Shown in pieces: positions 53,581 to 61,729 of a stretch of DNA of 64,000 bases. Within the stretch, counting starts at the first letter, position 1. Each line of letters begins with the position of its first letter. The notes under the pieces were generated by a model. The model had not been told where the DNA came from. It did no database searches and was given only the letters and a program-made list of their open reading frames with translations. A program made the position numbers and the translations under genes. The DNA comes from Candidatus Staskawiczbacteria bacterium (GTDB lineage Bacteria; Patescibacteriota; Minisyncoccia; Minisyncoccales; Staskawiczbacteraceae): positions 65,299 to 129,298 of the forward strand of contig JAPLYZ010000012.1 of NCBI GenBank assembly GCA_026395295.1, in the 5' to 3' direction.

Positions 53581-55922
53581 TGAGAAAAATAACGAAAACA
53601 ATTATAGGAATTGTGATGGGACTGTCGCTTGCGATAAACGCATACGCAGTTACAGTCTTCGCCCCATATCAATTAGGGACTGGCACAGCAACCACTGGTA
53701 AAGTTTTGACAGCCAACGGAGTTAACTATCCGGCGAGTTGGCAGACTGCTACCGGTGGTGGTCATATCATTCAAGACGAAGGCACATCTCTCACTCAACG
53801 AGCAAAACTTAATTTTGTCGGTGCTGGAGTAACTGTAACTGACGGCGGAGGAACTTCAAATGACACGATTGTAACTATTCCTGGTGGTGGCGGTGGTATG
53901 TCCATCGGCGACCCTGTAACCTCTGGCGTAGCCACCAATCTTCTTTTTATCAACCCTACAGCCACACTGGCACAAGATACGGCGCTTCAATTCGTAACCG
54001 ACTATGTAATAAATAACACTTCATATTTACAGGTAGGAAATAATGGAAATGTTATAAAAAGCCGATTTTCACTTTGGGACGGAGATGGAATAGAAAAGTT
54101 TTACATAGAAAATGGTGACTTATTAGGTGACCCGACAGTCACTTTAATGGCTCACTATGCTGATAAAATTAAGATAGGGAATTTAGATACAACATCAATT
54201 GAAATATCTACAGGCGGATTTATTGGGTTAAACGGATACGCTCCAACATATCCACTTACAACAGGATATAAGACAGCGAACACAACACTTACACCCGCTG
54301 TTTTTATAGATAATCCTTCAGGTGGAAATCAGACAGTCTTTGGACTTGGAATAAATGGAGTATTGAAAGGATACTTTAGAGGTGATAGTTCTGGTAACTT
54401 TATTTTCGCTTCAAACACTGCTACTGGAGATATTGATTTAAGGACAAATGGAGTGGGTGGAGAAACTAATATCGCCCACTTATCTGGCACAGATTTATCT
54501 TCTACTTTTTATGGAACGATAAAAATACCAGTTTCAACAGCAATGATATTGGGAGCAGGTGACGGAGCAACACCTTCCGCAACGACTATTCGTGGAGCAG
54601 TAGCTTCGGGAGTTTCAGTAGCAGGTACGAATATAACTTTTGACGGGAGTGTAGGGACAGGTCTAGGTGGTGGAGGTGATTTTATATTTAGGACAGCTCC
54701 GGTAACAAACGCAACAGCAGTTGCTTATGCAAATTCAGCACAATCTGTTTATGATATTGGGAACACACTTAGTATTACAAATCCCGGGGGTGCAAATTCT
54801 GTCTTAATTGTATGGATATATAGTGATAGTGCTCCAAGTTCTATTACTTACAATACACAAACAATGACTTTATATGCGACAAATAGTCCTTTTAGAGTTT
54901 ATTATCTTGTTAATCCCCTAGTCGCAAGTAACACAATTACAGTCAATGGTGGAGTTCATTCTATACAAGCAATTATTCTTGATAATGTAAATCAAACCGC
55001 ACCAATTCGCGGGACAGCATACAATAACGGGAATGGGACTTCATCATCAGTAGCAGTTTCAAGTGCAACAAATGACTTGGTTTTGAGTTTTAATTATCTT
55101 CAACAAGGACACACGGCAGCGGCTCCAGGTGGTTCGCAGACTCAACGGCTTGGAAGCGGAACGACTCCGTCAGTAGCAAGTACACAAGCGGGTGCTTCTA
55201 CTGTCACAGATACTTGGTCATGGACTAGCACATCAAACTGGTATCAATTCGAGGTTTCAGTCAAACAATTAGACAACACCGCCACAAACACCCTCACCGA
55301 AGCAACAAGAATAACAAAAAATCAAAATCTTGTTATTGGAGGAGCGGATGATACAGCAAGGATACACTTACCCGCAGGAACAGCAACGGCAAACACAGCT
55401 CCTTTGAAATTTACATCAGGAACATTACTTACAACACCCGAAGCTGGAGCAACAGAATTTTTGACAGATGACTTATATTTCACACAAACTAATTCAACCA
55501 TAAGAAAAAAGATTGTTGGAGTGGTAGCAGTTGCAAACTTAACAGGACAAACTGCCACCAAGACAGCAACAACAATTCATACGCCAGGGGCAAGTAGATT
55601 ATTCAAAGTAAATATAGCATTGCAAGTAACAACCGCCGCCTCAACCTCTTCAATTCTGGGAGGTACTACTGGTGTAGTAATAACTTACACCGAGCCAGAC
55701 GGAAGTGTGGCTCAAAGCATTGTGCCTTTACTTACTGACCAAGCAGGGGCTGTGATAGTGCCAGCGACAGGTAATGTGGGGAATACAACAACTACTCAAT
55801 CACAAGGTTCAGCAACAATTTACGCGAAGGCTGGCGTGGCAATACAGTATGCAATCGGATATACAAGTGTAGGAGCAACAAGTATGGCTTACAGTGCCCA
55901 TATTTCTATTGAGGCACTTTAA
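53580..55922 (+). CDS. Putative tail fibre / receptor-binding protein
   Basis: 780 aa, Gly/Thr/Ala/Ser-rich, hydrophobic N-terminus, repetitive beta-rich body. Confidence 0.5.
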   Translation: MRKITKTIIGIVMGLSLAINAYAVTVFAPYQLGTGTATTGKVLTANGVNYPASWQTATGGGHIIQDEGTSLTQRAKLNFVGAGVTVTDGGGTSNDTIVTIPGGGGGMSIGDPVTSGVATNLLFINPTATLAQDTALQFVTDYVINNTSYLQVGNNGNVIKSRFSLWDGDGIEKFYIENGDLLGDPTVTLMAHYADKIKIGNLDTTSIEISTGGFIGLNGYAPTYPLTTGYKTANTTLTPAVFIDNPSGGNQTVFGLGINGVLKGYFRGDSSGNFIFASNTATGDIDLRTNGVGGETNIAHLSGTDLSSTFYGTIKIPVSTAMILGAGDGATPSATTIRGAVASGVSVAGTNITFDGSVGTGLGGGGDFIFRTAPVTNATAVAYANSAQSVYDIGNTLSITNPGGANSVLIVWIYSDSAPSSITYNTQTMTLYATNSPFRVYYLVNPLVASNTITVNGGVHSIQAIILDNVNQTAPIRGTAYNNGNGTSSSVAVSSATNDLVLSFNYLQQGHTAAAPGGSQTQRLGSGTTPSVASTQAGASTVTDTWSWTSTSNWYQFEVSVKQLDNTATNTLTEATRITKNQNLVIGGADDTARIHLPAGTATANTAPLKFTSGTLLTTPEAGATEFLTDDLYFTQTNSTIRKKIVGVVAVANLTGQTATKTATTIHTPGASRLFKVNIALQVTTAASTSSILGGTTGVVITYTEPDGSVAQSIVPLLTDQAGAVIVPATGNVGNTTTTQSQGSATIYAKAGVAIQYAIGYTSVGATSMAYSAHISIEAL

Positions 55923-55943
55923 TTATTAAATAACAAAAAAACT

Positions 55944-56291
55944 ATGGAAACAACAATTTTAAAAGTTAGTGATACAGAAATTAAAAGAGTGAGAATAATC
56001 CCCGAGAAAGTTATCCCCGAGCAGAGGACAGAGGAAACTATCTCTTTATCGGAAGTTAGAACTCAATTAAATACAGTTTTGAAACAAATAGAAGTTATGG
56101 AAATTGAGAGAGCAAATTACTTGAAACCAGTAGACGCTTCGCTTGCGATTAAATATGCAGAGAGGGACGCATTGCAAGATGAGATGTCGCAAGCAGAGGA
56201 ACTTGGAGTGAAGATTGAGTTGCCAAAGGTTGAACCAACTCCAGACGAGAAATTGCCAGAGGAACAATTAAACGACACTACACCAAAATAA
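55944..56291 (+). CDS. Hypothetical coiled-coil protein
   Basis: 115-aa ORF. Confidence 0.45.
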   Translation: METTILKVSDTEIKRVRIIPEKVIPEQRTEETISLSEVRTQLNTVLKQIEVMEIERANYLKPVDASLAIKYAERDALQDEMSQAEELGVKIELPKVEPTPDEKLPEEQLNDTTPK

Positions 56292-56575
56292 TGGAACAAG
56301 AAACCAAAATTGAAAAGTGGTATGAAACTAAAATCACATTCCTAATAGCCACACTTACCCCTTTGGTTATAATTATGGCTTTCCTTTTTGGTATGCAGAA
56401 AGATATTGCAGTCATTCAGACAAACATTACGAACATAAATACCAATCACGAAGTTCACATTCAGGATATTGAGGAGAGCATAAAAGATTTGCAGAACCAG
56501 CAAGTGATTCAAAATAACACAATGACTGATTTGCAAAAACAGATTATTGCTTTATTGCAATCAATGAAAAAATAG
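56291..56575 (+). CDS. Single-pass membrane coiled-coil protein (lysis-associated candidate)
   Basis: TM helix ITFLIATLTPLVIIMAFLFG followed by a coiled coil; start overlaps the upstream stop. Confidence 0.45.
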   Translation: MEQETKIEKWYETKITFLIATLTPLVIIMAFLFGMQKDIAVIQTNITNINTNHEVHIQDIEESIKDLQNQQVIQNNTMTDLQKQIIALLQSMKK

Positions 56576-56924
56576 CTCTTTGAGAAAGTTAGATAACAAA
56601 TAAACCAAAAAAGAAAGAAATGAATGAATACACAATACTGTAAACCCAACCAAAATGCTCAACCTGTGGTGCATTTTTTCCAAGAGCGTGGTTCGCGAAT
56701 GGACAAGCATCATCGCAAGGCACAACACTCTGCTGGTGTTCAGGAAAGTGCAGAACAAACTTTGCCGAAAAGGCAAAACGCGAGGAACGTAATGCCATCT
56801 GCATTGCACAACAGGTTCATCTTGCATACAGGCATTCGGTAAAAACTGGAATACCCATCAGAGTGATGGGATAGACTACTAAGAATTACTTAGTAGTTCG
56901 GAAAGGAGGTGGATTATCTCCCGT

Positions 56925-58031
56925 ATGAGAACTGCGGGTTATCAGTTCTCAACATTTTTAGAAGCAATTTTATTATCAGAGGGGATTGATAATAAAAAAA
57001 TTAGAAGCAATTATAAGCAATTACAATTAAACAATAAAAATATGTGGTTCAAAAATTTAATAAAATATCTAATGGGCAAAGTTGAAGAAACCCCAATACC
57101 AGACGGATTTATTTCCAGTCCTCCAGATTTTAGGGATGTTAAAGCATCAGATATTTTAGGCGATGTAAGCACGGCGGAAAATCCAACACCGGACAACGTA
57201 TCTTGCCCTTATGTTTTGACGCAAAAGAATCAAGGTTTGCTTCCTATTTGCGTTGGAGAAAGCGGGGCCACAATAAACGAATACGAAAAACGAAGGCAGG
57301 AAATAGCCGTAGAATTTGACGGCCAATGGTTATATGACGAATGCAAGAAGATTGACGGATTGCCGGCAGGAACGCAGGGGACTTACTTTAGAGCTGTATT
57401 ATCGGTCTTAAAGAATAAGGGAGCCAAGCCAGTGGGCGGAAAGGAGGAAGACGCAGGAAACTACAAAATAGCAGGATATGTGCAGGTAGAACCCAATTTT
57501 GACGCTATAAAGCGGGCTATATGGAAATGGGGGACTGTTCTTATGGGTTTTAGGGTTTATACTGGCGGAAGTTGGAATGCGTCTCCGATAAAAATTCCGT
57601 CCGGGAGTAAAGTATCTGGCGGACACGCGACAGTTGGAAAGGCTTTTACAAAAGAATTTATCCGGGGACAGAATAGTTTTGGCGCCGGGTGGGGAAGTAA
57701 TGGAGATTTTGATTTTGGGTCAGAATTTCTTCCTTATGAATGCTGGGCGGTTGTCCAAGATATTCCGACAACTCTTTTGCCAGATCAGAACAATAAGCCA
57801 AAACATACATTCACTGTTAATTTGTTGCCCGGGTACAACAGCGATGAAGTAAAGATTTTGCAGGATTGCTTGAAGTGGTTAGGCTGTATGGCAAAAACAC
57901 AGGCAAGCACCGGATTATATGGACAGATTACGATTGACGCAGTTAAAAATTTTCAAGGTCGCTACGGGATAACAACCACGGGAAACGTGGGACCGTTGAC
58001 TATATTACAATTAAATAAATTATTCCAATGA
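56925..58031 (+). CDS. Endolysin candidate: papain-like (C1-type) cysteine peptidase plus C-terminal peptidoglycan-binding domain
   Basis: DFRD..., NQGLLPICVGES (Cys), SGGHATVG (His), GQNSFGAGWGSNGDF. C-terminal LYGQITIDAVKNFQGRYGITTTGNVGPLT. AAAGGAGGTG lies upstream of ATG 56925; ATG 57042 is an alternative start. Confidence 0.6.
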   Translation: MRTAGYQFSTFLEAILLSEGIDNKKIRSNYKQLQLNNKNMWFKNLIKYLMGKVEETPIPDGFISSPPDFRDVKASDILGDVSTAENPTPDNVSCPYVLTQKNQGLLPICVGESGATINEYEKRRQEIAVEFDGQWLYDECKKIDGLPAGTQGTYFRAVLSVLKNKGAKPVGGKEEDAGNYKIAGYVQVEPNFDAIKRAIWKWGTVLMGFRVYTGGSWNASPIKIPSGSKVSGGHATVGKAFTKEFIRGQNSFGAGWGSNGDFDFGSEFLPYECWAVVQDIPTTLLPDQNNKPKHTFTVNLLPGYNSDEVKILQDCLKWLGCMAKTQASTGLYGQITIDAVKNFQGRYGITTTGNVGPLTILQLNKLFQ

Positions 58032-58246
58032 ACAAAATTATAAGAAGCATTTTGATAGTTTTAGCAGTTTTAGCAATCGTAGCTTCAATCGCCGGCAATG
58101 TATATTATTTCGGCTGGTTGAACTTGCAAAATTCCTTAATGCAGAAAGGATACAACACGGCCCTGCAACAAGTGATTCAGGCGGTTCAGGCACAAGGGTT
58201 GGTTAAAATAGGGGATTATACTTTGATTTTGCAACCTAAAAAATAA
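58028..58246 (+). CDS. Small membrane protein (lysis cassette)
   Basis: N-terminal TM helix IIRSILIVLAVLAIVASIAGNVYYFGW; overlaps the endolysin stop. Confidence 0.45.
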   Translation: MNKIIRSILIVLAVLAIVASIAGNVYYFGWLNLQNSLMQKGYNTALQQVIQAVQAQGLVKIGDYTLILQPKK

Positions 58247-58347
58247 TGACAGACCATACAATAGCAATAATAATTTCTGGGGTATTTTGTCTCCTCATCC
58301 TATGTGTTATAGGAGTAGGTTTAATTTGCCGCAGAGATTGCGAATAA
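58246..58347 (+). CDS. 33-aa membrane peptide (lysis cassette)
   Basis: Read by eye: MTDHTIAIIISGVFCLLILCVIGVGLICRRDCE*. Confidence 0.35.
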   Translation: MTDHTIAIIISGVFCLLILCVIGVGLICRRDCE

Positions 58348-58348
58348 A

Positions 58349-58621
58349 ATGACAATGCCAAAATTTTTAACAAGTAGCGTAGACCCCGAGAAAATATCGC
58401 TGACTGTAAAAGGAGTTATAGTTGCGATTGTGCCAATCGTGATAACGATTGCCGGCTTAACTCATTTAAATTTGGGACAGGCAGATATAACCGCGCTGGG
58501 CGATGGGTTGATTAACTTGGTAAATTTAATAGCTCAGCTGACCGCCGCGATTATGGTTGTGTGGGGTATAGCAAGAAAAATAGGAGTTGGACTGGGTTTA
58601 ATAAATCCGGTGCAGAAATAA
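58349..58621 (+). CDS. Holin-like membrane protein
   Basis: 90 aa with 2-3 hydrophobic helices (GVIVAIVPIVITIAGL, LINLVNLIAQLTAAIMVVWGIA). Confidence 0.45.
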   Translation: MTMPKFLTSSVDPEKISLTVKGVIVAIVPIVITIAGLTHLNLGQADITALGDGLINLVNLIAQLTAAIMVVWGIARKIGVGLGLINPVQK

Positions 58622-58626
58622 AACAC

Positions 58627-58668
58627 CAAAAAAAAGACCGGCGTCCTGAATTTGGATATACGCCGGCC
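58627..58668 (-). terminator. Terminator for the minus-strand membrane-protein gene
   Basis: On the minus strand, stem CCGGCG/CGCCGG (58638-58643 / 58661-58666) is followed by T9 (complement of A-run 58627-58635). Confidence 0.5.
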
Positions 58669-58739
58669 GAGCTCAATTTCTCTTTTATATTGATTTTATA
58701 ACAAGAGTGTTTTTCTGTCAACGAAGAAAGCGTCTTTTA

Positions 58740-59156
58740 TTATAAAGTTTCGTTCCAACTGTCCGTCAATGATTTTTTATAGAATATCCGGTATCCGACA
58801 TATCCAAAAGATAAAATTGTCGAAATAAAATAAACAAAAGGAGCGGATATTTCTATTAAAATTATCGTCTGCCATATCAACAGGACAATAAATGTGTTTT
58901 TATAATAGGTTTTTCCCATAAATTCGAGTACTATCTGCAATCCTACGAAAACAGCCACAGCATAAAAGAAAAAGTATAAAAACATCATCCAAAATAATGA
59001 CTGGTTAACTTGGGAACAATCAATCCAGCGATTATTCTCGCAATTATTTATTATATTCATTATAAAATTTAAAAATAAATTTGTTAAAAATACTACTGCA
59101 GTAAACAGTAATATTGATATTGCCCACTTAAATATGTGTTTTGTTTTTTCCTCCAT
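58740..59156 (-). CDS. Four-TM membrane protein, opposite strand (lysogeny-expressed candidate)
   Basis: 138 aa with about four hydrophobic helices. Sits between the lysis cassette and integrase, with its own terminator. Confidence 0.6.
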   Translation of the reverse strand: MEEKTKHIFKWAISILLFTAVVFLTNLFLNFIMNIINNCENNRWIDCSQVNQSLFWMMFLYFFFYAVAVFVGLQIVLEFMGKTYYKNTFIVLLIWQTIILIEISAPFVYFISTILSFGYVGYRIFYKKSLTDSWNETL

Positions 59157-59309
59157 ATATGTTATTTAAATTTTAATAATATAGTATTGCTTTAATGGTA
59201 ACTTTTTTTAAGAAATTGACAAGGGTTTTTGAAAGGAATAATGTGAAACCACAAAATTAAAAAATAATTAATAACACGTTGTGTCCGAAAGGACAAGGCG
59301 AGAAAAATC

Positions 59310-59337
59310 TTGCCTGACACTACCAACGTGGTATAAT
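59310..59337 (+). promoter_or_regulatory. Candidate promoter upstream of the integrase leader
   Basis: TTGCCT (59310-59315), 16-nt spacer ending TGG, TATAAT (59332-59337). A second match is TTGACA-17-TAATGT at 59216-59244. Confidence 0.45.
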
Positions 59338-59343
59338 AAAAAA

Positions 59344-59445
59344 TGCAGGAGCAATCCTGCAACCACACGTGTGGTTTACGCCCAACCGAGCAATCGGCTG
59401 GAACGAGCATTATACCCGGGAGTAGTGTCCCGGGTTTTGCTTTCT
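59344..59445 (+). promoter_or_regulatory. Highly structured ~100-nt leader ending in a terminator-like hairpin directly before the int start codon
   Basis: TGCAGGA-GCAA-TCCTGCA (59344-59361). 14-bp palindrome ACCACACGTGTGGT (59362-59375). CCAACCGA-GCAA-TCGGCTGG (59382-59401). ACCCGGGA-gtagtg-TCCCGGGT (59414-59435), then TTTGCTTTCT and ATG. Confidence 0.5.
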
Positions 59446-60357
59446 ATGAAAGTAAAAGAACAGTTTGAACCGTTCGTTCAGTACAAGGTAAAACAGGGAT
59501 GCGCCCAGCATACTATCACAGAGTATAGGCGTTTCATTTCTGAAACCTTATCGTGCATTGCTGAGAAAAAACTCAGCCAGTTAAGAGTTATAGATCGTGT
59601 TGATATTATGGAGTTGGGTCGACAACACGGTTATTGGGGAGAACAAAGAGCGGTCAGCACATTCAGGCAGTTTTGCCAGTATCTTAATGATAAAGGCGAG
59701 AAACTGCCTTTTCGTTTTCAAGACATATTGGTGCCGTCAGTTATTGAGCGCGAGCAGGATTATTTATTGCCCGAAGAGTTTGAGGACTTTATGAATAAAA
59801 TCCCGTTGGACTTTTACGGATTAAGAGACAGATGTTTGTATGAATTGTTATGGTCAACCGGTTGTAGAATAGGAGAGGCATTGGCAATAAATATAGACGA
59901 CATAAATTTCAAAGAGAAAGAAATAAAGGTCAAAACATTCAAAGGGGGAGAGGGGACACGGGTTTTCATTTCAGAGCGTATGGAGGGGTGGCTGAAAGAA
60001 TGGCTGGCAAAAAGAGGCGATAATTGTCCGGCATTATTCATTGTATATTTTGGCGACATTGTGCGACTTAAAAGGAGTATGTCAAACAAACGATTGCTGG
60101 CTTACAGAAAAGCATTCAGGATTACAAAAAAGATTTCACACAAAGCATTCAGGACAGGGTTTGCAACTTATTTAATGGAGCAGGGAGCCAACATAAAAGA
60201 AGTGCAGGTTTTATGCAGACATCGTTCTCCGCGCACGACATTAAAGAGTTATCTGAAATATCAGAAAACAAAAGTCAAAGACGTTCACCAGAATATATTT
60301 AACAACCTCACTTCGAAGTTTAAAAATATAATTCGGGAGACGGCAGAAGTCTGGTAA
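59446..60357 (+). CDS. int: Tyrosine recombinase / phage integrase
   Basis: Catalytic pattern TGCRIGEAL (Arg), HKAFRTGFAT (H..R), LCRHRS...TLKSYL (H...Y). ATG 59446 is used because track start 59281 reads through the promoter and leader hairpins. Confidence 0.9.
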   Translation: MKVKEQFEPFVQYKVKQGCAQHTITEYRRFISETLSCIAEKKLSQLRVIDRVDIMELGRQHGYWGEQRAVSTFRQFCQYLNDKGEKLPFRFQDILVPSVIEREQDYLLPEEFEDFMNKIPLDFYGLRDRCLYELLWSTGCRIGEALAINIDDINFKEKEIKVKTFKGGEGTRVFISERMEGWLKEWLAKRGDNCPALFIVYFGDIVRLKRSMSNKRLLAYRKAFRITKKISHKAFRTGFATYLMEQGANIKEVQVLCRHRSPRTTLKSYLKYQKTKVKDVHQNIFNNLTSKFKNIIRETAEVW

Positions 60358-60429
60358 AAAAGTTATCCACACCCTCAAAATGTTAGGTGGGCTTGACACG
60401 CTTCTTTGATATGATAAAATTAAAATTGT

Positions 60430-60582
60430 ATGAAAAAAGATAATCTTAAAAAACCTATCTACAAAAAGATTGAAGCTCAAAAACTTCGTCGGCTTTATCG
60501 TAAAGATGAACAACTGGTCAGAGTCGCAAGAGTAGCCCGGGAATTGTGGAATATCTTAAAAGAAGTTAAGGAAACAAAATAG
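60430..60582 (+). CDS. Small basic protein (50 aa) between int and attR
   Basis: Read by eye: MKKDNLKKPIYKKIEAQKLRRLYRKDEQLVRVARVARELWNILKEVKETK*. Confidence 0.3.
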   Translation: MKKDNLKKPIYKKIEAQKLRRLYRKDEQLVRVARVARELWNILKEVKETK

Positions 60583-60687
60583 ATATTTGAAAGTTCAAAG
60601 AGGTAATTTTATCGCCAAACTGCCAAAATCGTAAGCATTTAACCGTTCTACAGCGCGTCTTTCGTCCCAAAGTGGTACTTTATACCA

Positions 60688-60743
60688 CCACAGTGGGCAA
60701 AACGTTAATAATTACAAGAGCCGCCTTTGGGCGGTTTTTGGTT
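60688..60743 (+). repeat. attR core plus native rpsI 3' end and terminator; left copy of the 50-bp direct repeat
   Basis: CCACAGTGGGCAAA (60688-60701) equals attL. 60694-60743 is identical to 61730-61779. It contains ...TGG GCA AAA CGT TAA and the hairpin CCGCC-tttg-GGCGG followed by TTTTT. Confidence 0.75.
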
Positions 60744-60772
60744 TTTATCCACAGGTTGGGGTATTTACTTCA

Positions 60773-60794
60773 TATGGTAACATATGTTACCATA
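60773..60794. promoter_or_regulatory. 22-bp perfect palindrome (operator candidate) just upstream of the HTH gene
   Basis: TATGGTAACATATGTTACCATA, ending 5 nt before ATG 60800. Confidence 0.55.
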
Positions 60795-60799
60795 CAAAT

Positions 60800-61054
60800 A
60801 TGAATAAAGAATATTACTCAACAACAGAGGTTGCGAACATATTTAAGGTTAGTCGTAAGACAATTTTTATTTGGATAAAAAACGGGAAAATGAAAGCCGA
60901 AAAAGTCGGTCGTAATTATGTTGTTCCACATTCCAGCATTGTAGAAAAAATGGGTAGCACTCTTGGAATAGAAAAAAAGGCGGAAATTGAAAAGACAATA
61001 GATAGGGCAATTGGGGAATACGAGCAAACATTTAGAAAACTTGGTAAAGAATAA
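60800..61054 (+). CDS. Excisionase/MerR-type HTH DNA-binding protein (putative antitoxin)
   Basis: YSTTEVANIFKVSRKTIFIWIKNGKMKAEKVGRNYVV is a typical HTH_17/excisionase-family pattern; 2-nt gap to the Doc gene. Confidence 0.6.
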   Translation: MNKEYYSTTEVANIFKVSRKTIFIWIKNGKMKAEKVGRNYVVPHSSIVEKMGSTLGIEKKAEIEKTIDRAIGEYEQTFRKLGKE

Positions 61055-61056
61055 GA

Positions 61057-61485
61057 ATGAGACCAAAATCAATAAATGTAGCAGAAATCGAGTTTATTGC
61101 ATTTAGACTTGCAGAGAAGTTAATGACTTGGAATGAGCCGATTCCAGATTTTGGCACTAGATTCCCGAATATCTTGGAAAGTTGTATAAACCAGCCATTT
61201 ATGCAATTTAGCAGGAAAGATTTGTATAGAGGGTTAGTTGGGAAGGCGAGTATTTTATTTTATTTAATGATCAAAAATCATCCCTTCCAGAATGGCAATA
61301 AAAGAATTGCAATTATGACTTTGTTTCATTTTTTGGGGAAAAATGATAAATGGCTTGGCATTTCCAACGAAGCTTTGTATAAATTTGCAAAAGATGTCGC
61401 AAGCAGCAAGCCACGTTCTCGGGAAAAGGTAATCGCGCACATACAAGAAGTAATCAAAAGAAATTTAATCGATTTACCCAAATAA
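61057..61485 (+). CDS. doc: Doc/Fic-family toxin (death-on-curing-like)
   Basis: Fic/Doc core motif HPFQNGNKR (HxFx[DN]GNKR); 142 aa. Confidence 0.75.
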   Translation: MRPKSINVAEIEFIAFRLAEKLMTWNEPIPDFGTRFPNILESCINQPFMQFSRKDLYRGLVGKASILFYLMIKNHPFQNGNKRIAIMTLFHFLGKNDKWLGISNEALYKFAKDVASSKPRSREKVIAHIQEVIKRNLIDLPK

Positions 61486-61512
61486 TAAATAAAGTAATTA
61501 AAAATAAAAATT

Positions 61513-61707
61513 ATGAAGCCTACAACTAAAGTTAGAATATTTTACTGGGTTGGTTTGTTATTTTTTGGATGGATAATATATAACACAGATGATGTGTTAG
61601 AATTATTAAAATGGGTTACTGTGGGGGTCGCCATTATCCTTGTAGAAATATTTACACGAAGAGAGTGGAAACAGGCGACGAAGGAAGAAAAGTTAATTGA
61701 GGAATAA
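61513..61707 (+). CDS. Small two-TM membrane protein
   Basis: VRIFYWVGLLFFGWIIY and WVTVGVAIILVEIF helices; 64 aa. Confidence 0.4.
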   Translation: MKPTTKVRIFYWVGLLFFGWIIYNTDDVLELLKWVTVGVAIILVEIFTRREWKQATKEEKLIEE

Positions 61708-61729
61708 AAATGACAGAAGGGGAACTTGG

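Larger units (their letters stand above)
17393..60701 (+). mobile_element. Integrated temperate phage (~43.3 kb), apparently intact
   Basis: Bounded by the 14-bp att cores. Holds terminase, portal, capsid, fibre and lysis genes and a terminal tyrosine integrase. About 60 co-oriented, tightly packed ORFs. Interrupts the rpsI 3' end and separates it from its native terminator. Confidence 0.85.

Noticed and set aside
56561-56842. Three mutually overlapping ORFs (56624-56842 plus; 56561-56827 and 56589-56804 minus) as real genes
   Set aside because: They cannot all be coding and none has a recognisable start context or motif. One overlaps the 3' end of the upstream gene. The region is treated as non-coding or unknown and reported as a low-interest finding.
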